Source of the DNA: Methanoregula sp.
GTDB lineage: Archaea > Halobacteriota > Methanomicrobia > Methanomicrobiales > Methanospirillaceae
Direction of reading: 5' to 3'
DNA: 64,000 nt
NCBI GenBank assembly: GCA_041645435.1
Contig: JBAZQB010000002.1
Span: 413,556-477,555 of the forward strand
In this document: positions 34,361-43,117 of the stretch, piece by piece
How the letters are laid out: each line of letters begins with the position of its first letter
Numbering within the stretch: the stretch's first letter is position 1
Notes under the pieces: model-generated
Told to the model about the DNA's origin: nothing
What the model saw: only the letters and a program-made list of their open reading frames with translations
The model's database searches: none
Program-made: the position numbers and the translations under genes

Positions 34361-35776
34361 ATGGATCAGACTCGCATGAAAAAGACCGGTTTGTGCCGTG
34401 CGATTACCATATTCAGCCTTTTTTTTATCCTTATCTCGTGTATTTCCATCAGTGGCTGCTTGAGCAATCCCGATATTCCGGCTTTTGGTCAGGGTTTTTC
34501 TTCCCATTCCGTGGAGAATGATGGCAAACTCTCCGCATATTTCCTTGATGTCGGTCAGGGCGACTCATCGCTCATCATCTTTGGCAATACAACGATCCTG
34601 ATCGATGCGGGAGAGATTGACAGGGGTGATCGTGTTGTCAGCGATCTCAAAAGGCTGGGTGTGACCCGGATTGATCTGCTCGTAGCCACCCACCCGCACT
34701 CCGATCATATTGGTGGCATGCAGAACGTGCTGGACACTTTCCCGGTCGGGCAAGTACTCGATTCAGGTATGCCCCATTCGTCCGTCCTGTATGAGCGATT
34801 CTTAGAAACGATCGATAAGAAAAATATCCCCTACAGGGTCGCGGTGAAGGGAGATACGATCGATCTTGACCCGGCCTTGCGGATAGTTGTTCTCTCTCCT
34901 CCGGAAAAAAGGTTCGGTGATGACCTGAATACCAACTCCATTATGCAGCGCATATCCTATGGAACAATCAATTTCCTGTTTACCGGGGATGCCGGGGGTG
35001 AAGCCGAGACTGCGTTGGTGAAGTCCGGGTACGCGCTTGATGCCCAGATTCTCAAAGTCGGACACCACGGCAGCCTGCATTCAAGTTCACCTGTATTCAT
35101 TACACGGGTTCACCCGGAAACAGCGATCATCTCGCTGGGGCAGGACAACCCGTACGGCCATCCCCATAAACAGGCCATTGATACGCTTACTGATGCCGGA
35201 GCCACGATCTACCGGACCGACCGTGATGGGACGATCCTGGTGAGGAGTGACGGGAACACCTATGCAGTAAAGACCGGGAGGGAAACCGGGGGATTACTTC
35301 CCCTGCTTACTCCCTCAGTGCAGGTAACTGAAAAAACGCTCCCTGTTGGATCCTATTACCCGACTCTCCCTCATGAGGTTACCAATATTTCTATCCCCCA
35401 TCAATCAATTCCTGTACCGCAGATTGGTAATGTAACATCCATAGTGATCAGCGCTACGCAGTTCAATGCTCCCGGGGATGACCGGCAGAACGTGAACGGT
35501 GAATGGGTCCGTCTGACCAACCGTGGGACTGATACTGTACTCATAGCCGGCTGGACACTCTCTGACAACAGCCAGGCCACGCTGTATACGTTTCCGGCAG
35601 TTGTCCTGGTGCCCGGTGAAATGATCACGATCTTTTCGGGAGCTGGGTCCCTGAACAACACGGCACTCTACATGGGAAAAACAGAACCCGTTTGGGGCAA
35701 CAGCGGTGATATCGCCATCCTGAAAGACGGGCAGGGAACAATTATTGACCAGCGATCAGAAGGTACACAGCAATGA
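34361..35776 (+). CDS. Secreted/lipid-anchored ComEC-type metallo-beta-lactamase protein with C-terminal lamin-tail domain
   Basis: Signal/lipobox-like ISISGCLS. MBL motif THPHSDHIGG plus VGHHGS. The C-terminal LTD pattern is NAPGDDRQNVNGEWVRLTNRG...GWTLSD. Start moved to 34361, just after the mtaD stop. Confidence 0.8.
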   Translation: MDQTRMKKTGLCRAITIFSLFFILISCISISGCLSNPDIPAFGQGFSSHSVENDGKLSAYFLDVGQGDSSLIIFGNTTILIDAGEIDRGDRVVSDLKRLGVTRIDLLVATHPHSDHIGGMQNVLDTFPVGQVLDSGMPHSSVLYERFLETIDKKNIPYRVAVKGDTIDLDPALRIVVLSPPEKRFGDDLNTNSIMQRISYGTINFLFTGDAGGEAETALVKSGYALDAQILKVGHHGSLHSSSPVFITRVHPETAIISLGQDNPYGHPHKQAIDTLTDAGATIYRTDRDGTILVRSDGNTYAVKTGRETGGLLPLLTPSVQVTEKTLPVGSYYPTLPHEVTNISIPHQSIPVPQIGNVTSIVISATQFNAPGDDRQNVNGEWVRLTNRGTDTVLIAGWTLSDNSQATLYTFPAVVLVPGEMITIFSGAGSLNNTALYMGKTEPVWGNSGDIAILKDGQGTIIDQRSEGTQQ

Positions 35777-35985
35777 AGGCAACCATTGACCGGATTGAAG
35801 ATGATATTGCCGTGCTTATCAGCAGTGAGGATGAACCTTCCCGCATAACCTTACCGGCATTACTGCTACCCCGTGGATCAAAAGAAGGAGATACCGTTAC
35901 CATCAGTATTGAGCGCTACGAACAGTCGAGTACCGCATCAAAAGATCGGGTCTCATCGCTGATTGATAAATTGAAAAACAAATAA
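35773..35985 (+). CDS. DUF3006 family small protein
   Basis: MKATIDRIEDDIAVLI...GDTVTI pattern, with ATGA coupling to the MBL gene. DUF3006 commonly accompanies ComEC-MBL genes. Confidence 0.65.
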   Translation: MKATIDRIEDDIAVLISSEDEPSRITLPALLLPRGSKEGDTVTISIERYEQSSTASKDRVSSLIDKLKNK

Positions 35986-36202
35986 TCCGAAAATCTGAAA
36001 AATCTTATACCTGTTCTTCTTTTATGGAGGTACCCCTCATGATTGGGGATCGGCCCCCCCGGAGTAAGTATGAGGATTGAGCGTCTGGAAGGAATGCAGG
36101 AAAGCCCGGTATTCTGCCGGCTGACGCGTGAGCAATCCCATAACGCAGATGCTGGTTGTGCATTTCGGCATGTTTTTCACTCGTACAATCAAAAGTGAGT
36201 AT

Positions 36203-36394
36203 ATGACTCAACACCAGCAGTTCGAGCACCATGACCATGCCGGACACAAATGTCGTCTCTGCTCATCGTCCCATGATCCTGATCACAAGGCATCCGTAGG
36301 TGGCATCTGTCATGGTTGCGTATATAAGATCCTCATTGTCGTATTTATTGTGATGATTGCGATCTCGTACGTCGCATGGTTTGGCGTACTGTGA
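36203..36394 (+). CDS. Hypothetical small His/Cys-rich protein with C-terminal TM helix
   Basis: MTQHQQFEHHDHAGHKCRLCSSSHDPDH...ICHGC followed by the hydrophobic ILIVVFIVMIAISYVAWFGVL. No family recognised. Confidence 0.3.
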   Translation: MTQHQQFEHHDHAGHKCRLCSSSHDPDHKASVGGICHGCVYKILIVVFIVMIAISYVAWFGVL

Positions 36395-36403
36395 GAAATC
36401 CCA

Positions 36404-37375
36404 TTATTTTTTATTTTCCCCTTCTTTATGTTCACGTAACCGTGCTCGGATAAATGCCTTATAGTCCTCGAATTCCTCATCGGTGATAAGCCCGCGCTCT
36501 TTTAAGGTTCCCACGCGCTCAAGCAGCGAAACTCCCGCTTCAGTCCTTGTATGATCCTGGAGCGTCAGCTCTTTCTGCCGCTCTTCCATAAACCCGGCAG
36601 CAAGGATTGCAGAGGGGAGAGCAAGGAGTAAGACTCCCCCGATTGTTACCATGCCGGCAATCGTTTTTCCCCATGGGGTAATGGGAATAATATCTCCATA
36701 TCCCACGGTTGTTACCGTCATCACTGCCCACCACATGGATGCAGGGATGCTGGAAAACTTGTCCGGTTGGGCGGCATTCTCGAGAAGGTACATGATCGTA
36801 GATGCGAACAGGATCTCAAAGACCAGGAAAATTACGAGAATTGAGATGATCTCCCGTTTCTTGAAAACGACACGCTGCAGGAGTTGCAGCGCATCAGAGT
36901 GGCGGGTGTAGCGTACCAGCTTGAAGATCGAGAGGAGCCGGAAGATGTGGAGCATGGAATAGTTGTTGGGGAATGCGAAGGGGAAGACGATGGGAATGAT
37001 CGATATGAGATCGATTATCATGTAAATCCCGGTGGCATAGCGCAGGCGATCTATTAGCCTGCCTGAAAATGTGGGGTTCTGCGTACATGACCAGAGCCGA
37101 AGGACATACTCGATTGCAAAAATGGAGGTGCAGATCGAAATGATTGTAAAGAGCTGGATGCGGAAAGAGAGTGGGAGATCCGGTATTGTGGAGATGACCA
37201 CGGCGATTGTGTTGGCCAGGATGAAGATGGCAAGGAAATACTTCACCACCCGTGCCGTCGGGTCCTCGTTTGGGTAGGTGTTGAGGATCGTATTGACTCG
37301 TGTTTTTATCCGGCCATAGCGGGACGGTTCCCCGACGATTTCTTGTGTTTGCTGCGCTGGATTCTCTGCCATCAT
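36404..37375 (-). CDS. Voltage-gated-type potassium channel (6TM, TVGYGD filter)
   Basis: S4-like IFRLLSIFKLVRYTRHS, and the selectivity filter MTVTTVGYGDI. Confidence 0.85.
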   Translation of the reverse strand: MMAENPAQQTQEIVGEPSRYGRIKTRVNTILNTYPNEDPTARVVKYFLAIFILANTIAVVISTIPDLPLSFRIQLFTIISICTSIFAIEYVLRLWSCTQNPTFSGRLIDRLRYATGIYMIIDLISIIPIVFPFAFPNNYSMLHIFRLLSIFKLVRYTRHSDALQLLQRVVFKKREIISILVIFLVFEILFASTIMYLLENAAQPDKFSSIPASMWWAVMTVTTVGYGDIIPITPWGKTIAGMVTIGGVLLLALPSAILAAGFMEERQKELTLQDHTRTEAGVSLLERVGTLKERGLITDEEFEDYKAFIRARLREHKEGENKK

Positions 37376-37541
37376 CGCACCATATGGGCTGGAGATTTTT
37401 GTAGGATCACCGACTTAAACCGGTTCATATGTGGTGATATGACGAAGTCCGGGTGGATGGTATTTATAGTGTTCGAGATGTGTCTGAAAAACGGTAATAC
37501 GGAGCCTGGTCTGGAAATCAAAAAAAGAAAGTAAGAACGGA

Positions 37542-39269
37542 TCACGCGGTTTCGATATTATCTGCTTCCTGTAAACCGAGCGTTTTAATCGAGGTTTCCC
37601 GCATCCGGAATTTCTGGATCTTACCGGTAACCCCCATGGGAAAGTCATTAACGAACATCACATGCCGTGGGATCTTGAAATGAGCAATCTTTCCCTTGCA
37701 GAAATCTTTTACTTCCTGGTCGGTCATGGTCTGGTCGGGTTTCATCTTCACCCATGCGCAGAGCTCTTCGCCATATTTGACATCCGGTACGCCCACTACG
37801 TATACATCAGCGATCTTGTCGTGGTGGTGCAGGTATTCCTCAATCTCACGAGGGTAGATGTTTTCACCGCCACGGATGACCATGTCCTTTAACCGCCCGA
37901 CTATCCTGAAATAGCCTTCCTCATCCATAGTGCCAAGATCACCGGTATGGTTCCAGTGATCCTTGTCAAGGGTGGCATGGGTAGCAGAGGGATTGTTGTA
38001 ATAACACTTCATGACACAGTAACCCCGGGCGCAAATTTCTCCAATCTCTCCGACAGGCACAATCTTGCCGGTCTTGGAATCCACAATCTTGAGTTCGGTA
38101 TGCGGAAATGAACGCCCTACCGTGGACACGCGACGCTCAACCGGATCTTTTGTGGTCGTCATAGTGACACCGGGGCTGGTTTCGGTCTGCCCGTATACGA
38201 TGACTATCTCGCTCATATGCATCATCGTGTTGACCTGTTTCATGACCTCTATGGGGCAGGGAGACCCGGCCATAATACCGGTGCGGAGGGTTCGCATATT
38301 GTATCTGGCAAAGTTCGGGTGGGTAAGCTCTGCGATAAACATCGTCGGGACCCCGTGGACTGCAGTGCAGTGCTCTTTTTCTATCGTTTTTAAGACCTCT
38401 TCTGCCTCAAACGTAGGAGCGGGCAGTACCATTGTTGATCCGTGGGTTACGCAGGCAAGGTTCGAGAGGACCATGCCGAAACAGTGGTAGAAAGGGACGG
38501 GAATGCAGAGCCGGTCTTTTTCGGTAAAGCCCATGCCCTCTCCGATGATATAGCCGTTGTTGAGGATACCGTGATGGGTGAGGACAACGCCTTTGGGAAA
38601 TCCGGTGGTTCCGCTCGTGTACTGGATATTGATCGCGTCATCGAACGTGAGCACTTCACCCCGCTCGATGAGTTCATCCATCGTGATCTCATCGGCCTTT
38701 TTTAAGAGATCGTCCCATGTGTACATACCGTTATAGGGGATGTCGCCAAGGAAGACTGCATTTTTTAAGAACGGGAATTTTTCACTGGAGATCTTGCCGG
38801 GTTTGGATTCGAATGCTTCCGGGCATGCCTCGTAGAACATCCCAACGTAATCGGAGGTCTTGAACCGGCCCTGGATAATGAGTGTCTGGATCTCTGCCTG
38901 CTTGAGCACGTATTCGAGTTCATACGTGCGGTACGCCGGGTTTATGTTGACCATGATCGCCCCGATCTTTGCTGTAGCGAACTGCACAACTACCCATTCC
39001 GCGTAGTTCATAGCCCATATTCCGACGCGATCACCTTTCTCAACCCCAAGTCCCATGAGGCTTCGGGCAATTTGGTTTACCTGTTCAATAAACTCGCGGT
39101 ATGTCCAGCGGATATCCTGGTGGACAGATACAACCGCTTCGGTATCCGGATATTTTGCCGCAATACTGTCAACCATCTCACCGATTGTCATTCCCAGTAA
39201 AGGAACTGTCGATGTCCCGCTTGCATAGCTCCCCTCGACCATTATTAAAATATGAGGCAGGAATGGCAT
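37542..39269 (-). CDS. AMP-forming acyl-CoA synthetase (fatty-acid/medium-chain CoA ligase family)
   Basis: AMP-binding motif IQYTSGTTGFPKGVVLTH, plus GYGQTE-like YGQTETSP, TGDLG and GKIQKF. Start is uncertain within the first 10 codons. Confidence 0.9.
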   Translation of the reverse strand: MPFLPHILIMVEGSYASGTSTVPLLGMTIGEMVDSIAAKYPDTEAVVSVHQDIRWTYREFIEQVNQIARSLMGLGVEKGDRVGIWAMNYAEWVVVQFATAKIGAIMVNINPAYRTYELEYVLKQAEIQTLIIQGRFKTSDYVGMFYEACPEAFESKPGKISSEKFPFLKNAVFLGDIPYNGMYTWDDLLKKADEITMDELIERGEVLTFDDAINIQYTSGTTGFPKGVVLTHHGILNNGYIIGEGMGFTEKDRLCIPVPFYHCFGMVLSNLACVTHGSTMVLPAPTFEAEEVLKTIEKEHCTAVHGVPTMFIAELTHPNFARYNMRTLRTGIMAGSPCPIEVMKQVNTMMHMSEIVIVYGQTETSPGVTMTTTKDPVERRVSTVGRSFPHTELKIVDSKTGKIVPVGEIGEICARGYCVMKCYYNNPSATHATLDKDHWNHTGDLGTMDEEGYFRIVGRLKDMVIRGGENIYPREIEEYLHHHDKIADVYVVGVPDVKYGEELCAWVKMKPDQTMTDQEVKDFCKGKIAHFKIPRHVMFVNDFPMGVTGKIQKFRMRETSIKTLGLQEADNIETA

Positions 39270-39521
39270 ATATTGATACTGATTTTATGCGGTGCGTGGT
39301 GCAGAATCATAAAAAAGTGGTGCACCCTGGATATCCTCTCAACAATTTTGGGGTAATATTCCGGAATACCCTGTCATTTTTTTGATAACTGCGATATGGT
39401 CAGAACTTTTTGACAGGGATGACCCTTTTATAAAAAGAGAAAGCAGATAACCAAACTCTTAAGTTTGTATACTGCGAATTTATTGAGTCAGCGGCAGGAA
39501 ATTCCTGTACGCGGATTGTAT

Positions 39522-39689
39522 GGGGTTGTGGCCTAGCCCGGAATGGCGACGGGCTCCAGCGGTCTTTGCGTTCTTTGTGCTCGCAGATGATGAACAATGG
39601 GTCTACTGATGAAAAGATGATGACCCGTTGGAGCACTGATGCATGTCGGAGAGACCCGTCGATCGTGAGTTCAAATCTCACCAACCCCA
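39522..39689 (+). tRNA. tRNA-Trp(CCA): tRNA-Trp (anticodon CCA) interrupted by a 94-nt intron at the canonical 37/38 position
   Basis: Exon 1 is 39522-39559 (GGGGTTG...ACGGG-CTCCAG). Exon 2 is 39654-39689 (A-CCCGT-CGATC-GTGAG-TTCAAAT-CTCAC-CAACCCC-A). The acceptor, anticodon and T stems all pair. Confidence 0.9.
39560..39653 (+). ncRNA. Intron-encoded C/D-box sRNA guiding 2'-O-methylation of its own pre-tRNA-Trp (predicted C34 and position 39)
   Basis: C box ATGATGA 39587-39593, D' CTGA 39606-39609, C' ATGATGA 39617-39623, D CTGA 39636-39639. The D guide CCCGTTGGAGCA pairs with GGCUCCAGCGG, placing the N+5 target at C34. The D' guide ACAATGGGTCTA pairs with AGACCCGU, placing the target at position 39. 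Confidence 0.8.
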
Positions 39690-39905
39690 CATTTTCTTAT
39701 TATCTCTTAAACCGGCAGTTTGCAGATCACGATAACAAACCGGAAACGGTTTTTTAGTTCTCGCTATAGGACACTTCTTATATTCTGTTGTTCGGGCCAG
39801 GCATATCGGAACCGGTTGATCACTTGAAGAAGATCTCCTCACTAATCAGACTTATGTCCATGGCGCCCGATCAGCTATAAGCGTTTAAAATGCGATCTCC
39901 CTTGT

Positions 39906-40697
39906 ATGAATCCTGAACTGCATCTGGTAGATGCCTTTACCGGTACCCCGTTCCGCGGAAACACTGCGGCGGTATGCATCATGGACGGGCCGGCCGATCC
40001 CGCCTGGATGCAGCAGGTCGCCGGGGAGATGAAACATTCCGAGACTGCGTTCCTGCATCCCGGTCAGGACGGCTGGAACCTGCAGTGGTTTACCCCGGAA
40101 CGAGAGGTGGATCTCTGCGGCCACGCAACGCTTGCTGCAGCTTTCACCCTGTGGACAACCGGTCGCGAGAACCCGGAATCAGCGATCGCGTTTGAGACGC
40201 GATCGGGAACGCTCACTGCCCAAAAGGACGGGGACTGGATAACCATTGATTTTCCTGCCGAGCCGGTCATTTCCGAATCATCGGTCCCCGGCCTTGACCG
40301 GGCACTGGGTGTCACCCCGGTCTTTGTGGGGAGGAACCTGTTTGATATCCTTGTTGAGCTCCCGTCAGCGGCAGATCTCTGTACCCTTGAACCCGATATG
40401 GCAGCTCTCGCGGCGATTCCGACGCGGGGTATCATTGTAACTGCGGTCTCCGATCTCCCGCATTTTGATTTCATGTCCCGGTTCTTCGCACCTGCTGTCG
40501 GGGTCCCGGAAGATCCGGTCACCGGCTCAGCCCACTGCTGTCTCGGGCCGTACTGGGGAGAAAAACTCAAAAAAACAGAACTTGACGGATTCCAGTGCTC
40601 GGCACGGGGCGGGACCGTGAGGGTCACCCTGCATGGCGACCGGGTCCTCCTCGGGGGACATGCAGTCCACATATCATCCGGCAAACTGCTTGTATGA
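39906..40697 (+). CDS. PhzF-family (phenazine biosynthesis-like) isomerase/epimerase fold protein
   Basis: VDAFTGTPFRGNTAAV...SETAFL...DLCGHATLAAA...FFAPAVGVPEDPVTGSAHCCLGPYW are typical PhzF family motifs. Confidence 0.85.
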   Translation: MNPELHLVDAFTGTPFRGNTAAVCIMDGPADPAWMQQVAGEMKHSETAFLHPGQDGWNLQWFTPEREVDLCGHATLAAAFTLWTTGRENPESAIAFETRSGTLTAQKDGDWITIDFPAEPVISESSVPGLDRALGVTPVFVGRNLFDILVELPSAADLCTLEPDMAALAAIPTRGIIVTAVSDLPHFDFMSRFFAPAVGVPEDPVTGSAHCCLGPYWGEKLKKTELDGFQCSARGGTVRVTLHGDRVLLGGHAVHISSGKLLV

Positions 40698-40717
40698 CCG
40701 GCACCAACGGGCGTGTT

Positions 40718-40848
40718 CCCGGGGCTGGTCTTTACCGATGATAAATAATAGGTCTGCTGATAAAAAATGATGAGCCGTTGGAGCACTGATGCAGGTCGGA
40801 GAAAAAAGTCTATCGAATGTTCAAATCTCACCAACCCCCCATTTTCTC
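40718..40848 (+). pseudogene. Degenerate duplicate of the 3' part of tRNA-Trp (C/D intron, 3' exon and about 10 nt of downstream flank)
   Basis: GATGATAAATAATAGGTCTGCTGATAAAAAATGATGAGCCGTTGGAGCACTGATGCAGGTCGGAGA...GTTCAAATCTCACCAACCCCCCATTTTCT aligns with 39585-39698. The T-stem and anticodon-stem halves are mutated and no 5' exon is present. Confidence 0.7.
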
Positions 40849-40957
40849 TGCAATCCTTATACGGTGATATTACCTGAATGCAGGAGTTGGCCCTTTTGTA
40901 TTACGTTAATTCCAAAGTTCCTGTAATGGGAAAAATGGATTGAAATTTTCCTGCACG

Positions 40958-41365
40958 TTACCGTTTTACACGTTTCTTTGCGGGATCTTTAGCTGCTGTG
41001 CCTGGCACAGTGGTTTTACTCTTCGCCTTCGTTGCCTCTTCGACTCCTTCAAGCGCAGCCGGCAGGCATTCGAGCACGGTGACCAGCCCGGTCAGGTGCA
41101 GGTTCATCACAACCGATCCTATGATCTCATCTCTTGTCGCACCTGCCTGATATGCCATTATCGCGTGGAATTTCACGCCACGGGAGTTCTTTGTCGAGGT
41201 CTGGATTGCGATATTGATCAGCTGTTTTGTTTTTAAGTCAAGACCTTTTAACGATCGCTGTACTTCAACCAAATTGTTGAATCGTTCGGCAAGCTCGGGG
41301 CATTCCTTCTGGAAGATCTCGTAGGGGTTTTTCTCTGTCATGTTCATCAGCTTCAGATTTTGCAT
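40958..41365 (-). CDS. Carboxymuconolactone decarboxylase (AhpD-like) family protein
   Basis: LDLKTKQLINIAIQTSTKN...HAIMAYQAGATRDEIIGSV is the CMD-domain pattern. The start may be the internal MNMTEK. Confidence 0.75.
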   Translation of the reverse strand: MQNLKLMNMTEKNPYEIFQKECPELAERFNNLVEVQRSLKGLDLKTKQLINIAIQTSTKNSRGVKFHAIMAYQAGATRDEIIGSVVMNLHLTGLVTVLECLPAALEGVEEATKAKSKTTVPGTAAKDPAKKRVKR

Positions 41366-41519
41366 AGAGCAGATGATGTAATATAATTTTCATAACCCGG
41401 CGTTGCTTGTGCTATTTCTCACATTGAAAGGGCATGCAGTTGTATATCTTGTAGGGATCACTCTGGGCAAAGTGGTTGCTACCCCTCATTGTTTCCGCTT
41501 CCCTCATAAGCAGCTTAAA

Positions 41520-41670
41520 CCCGGGGAGGCGTTTTAGGCAAAGGGTGTCGCTCTATCACCTATTCTCTCCATGTTACCCTGAATAGGGGGTCCTGGAGGT
41601 CACCCCCAATTAATTGTACCCATGCGCCCCCCATCATCATCGTATCCCCCCCAAAAATACTCCCTTATCC
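41520..41670. repeat. C-run/G-run segment related (partly inverted) to the 6644-7215 repeat family
   Basis: TTAGGCAAAGGGTG, GTTACCCTGAATAGGGGGTCC, GGAGGTCACCCCCAA and TATCCCCCCCAAAAATACTCCC resemble sub-motifs of the 210-bp unit. The alignment is patchy. Confidence 0.3.
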
Positions 41671-41888
41671 CCAGCCCGGCCGTTTCGTCATTCCCTCATT
41701 GAGAGGAATTCCGGATCAAAGGTAAGTGCATAGCGGAAAATAATCGCAGACGTTTTACGCAAATGACTCTGCATAGCGTCGGGAAATCAGCAAAGTCTGG
41801 TTTTTAATGAACACTCCACAAGCGAAGGGTGATCGTGATTATTGCCCAATGGAATTACCTGATATGGTTGCATGGATAACCGGAATAT

Positions 41889-42221
41889 ATGACAAAAAAA
41901 TCAGGTATCCTCTACAGCCTGGCTCTCTTCAAACAGCGATATACCCGGGGGACTTCATGGACCCAGATACTCCTGAACTTCGGGATCATCACTGCCAACG
42001 CCAAACTGTTCGAAGACTTCTTCTTAATCCACTTAGGGCTGACAATTCCCATGGTTATCGCACTCTCGATCCCCTTCTATGTCATCTTCTGCTACATCCT
42101 CGGGCATGTCGATGAAAAGAGCGGGTTCTGGCAGATCGAAAACGATCTTGGGTACCGGGTCACTCCGTTATCTGATGAGATGCTCCAGACCATACGGGAA
42201 ATTAAAAAGAAACTTGACTGA
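41889..42221 (+). CDS. Hypothetical small membrane protein
   Basis: 110-aa ORF with two hydrophobic helices. No family recognised. Confidence 0.4.
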   Translation: MTKKSGILYSLALFKQRYTRGTSWTQILLNFGIITANAKLFEDFFLIHLGLTIPMVIALSIPFYVIFCYILGHVDEKSGFWQIENDLGYRVTPLSDEMLQTIREIKKKLD

Positions 42222-42473
42222 ACCGTCGGGCAGTGAAATAGCATATTCCCATTTTTCCGATAATACGCAGTACTGAAGATAATGGACAGCACTTCTCAAA
42301 ATATTTACGATTATTATCATTTATTGCCAGAATGCCGGACTATTCCTGATCGGAATTCCAAAGACCACGTTTTGGGATCAACAACGGATTCTTTGTTTTT
42401 TTAAATTATCCCCACTCCCCCGCAAAGATATCCTTAAACTCCTCCCTTACCAACATCATCCCGGAGAAACCCC

Positions 42474-43034
42474 ATGGAAAAAATAACTATCGGCCCGATG
42501 CCGTACATGAGTGTCATGCCCACCCTGCTTGTGGGTGCAAACGTGAAGGGAAAAGCGAATTATATGACCGCTGCATGGGCAACCGTCGCCTGCATGGCCC
42601 CGCCAATGGTCTGCGTCGCGATCAACAAAGCCCGTTACACGGCAAAGGGAATCGAGGAGAACAAGACCTTCAGCCTGAACGTACCCCCTGCAAAACATGC
42701 GATCGAGACCGACCATTGTGGTCTCGTTTCCGGTGCGCTGGAGGACAAATCGAACGTTTTCAAGTCTTTCTACGGCAAGCTGAAGACCGCACCCTTAGCG
42801 GAAGAATGCCCGGTCAACATCGAGTGCAGATTATTCAAGTCTGTCGACTGCGGCAGTCACCTGCTGCATATTGGAGAGGTCGTAGAGATCCACGTAGACA
42901 AGGCCTGTGTCGTTGACGGCAAGCCGGACACCGCGAAGGTTGACCCGATCGTGTACGCACAGGCAACCTACTGGCAGGTCGGGAAACAGATCGATAAGGC
43001 ATTCTCTGTAGGAAAGAAATACCTTAAGAAGTAA
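42474..43034 (+). CDS. Flavin reductase-like (FMN-binding split-barrel) protein
   Basis: PTLLVGANVKGKANYMTAAWATV...KTFSLNVP...GSHLLHIGEVVEIHVD is typical of the flavin reductase-like domain family. Confidence 0.8.
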   Translation: MEKITIGPMPYMSVMPTLLVGANVKGKANYMTAAWATVACMAPPMVCVAINKARYTAKGIEENKTFSLNVPPAKHAIETDHCGLVSGALEDKSNVFKSFYGKLKTAPLAEECPVNIECRLFKSVDCGSHLLHIGEVVEIHVDKACVVDGKPDTAKVDPIVYAQATYWQVGKQIDKAFSVGKKYLKK

Positions 43035-43065
43035 GATCCGGATTTTGTTTTGGGCACTTGATTTG

Positions 43066-43074
43066 ATATATTTA
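43066..43074 (+). promoter_or_regulatory. TATA-like box upstream of fae-hps
   Basis: ATATATTTA lies about 45 nt upstream of the ATG. SD-like AAGGAGAG lies 8 nt upstream of the ATG. Confidence 0.35.
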
Positions 43075-43117
43075 TCATCACTCAGCGTCACATATTAAGA
43101 GGATTAAGGAGAGTTCC

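Noticed and set aside
39400-40834. Minus-strand ORFs 39400-39690 and 40064-40834 with similar N-termini (VRFE..ID..LR.ASVLQR.IIF)
   Set aside because: The shared peptide is just the reverse translation of tRNA-Trp and its degenerate duplicate. The second ORF is also antisense to phzF.
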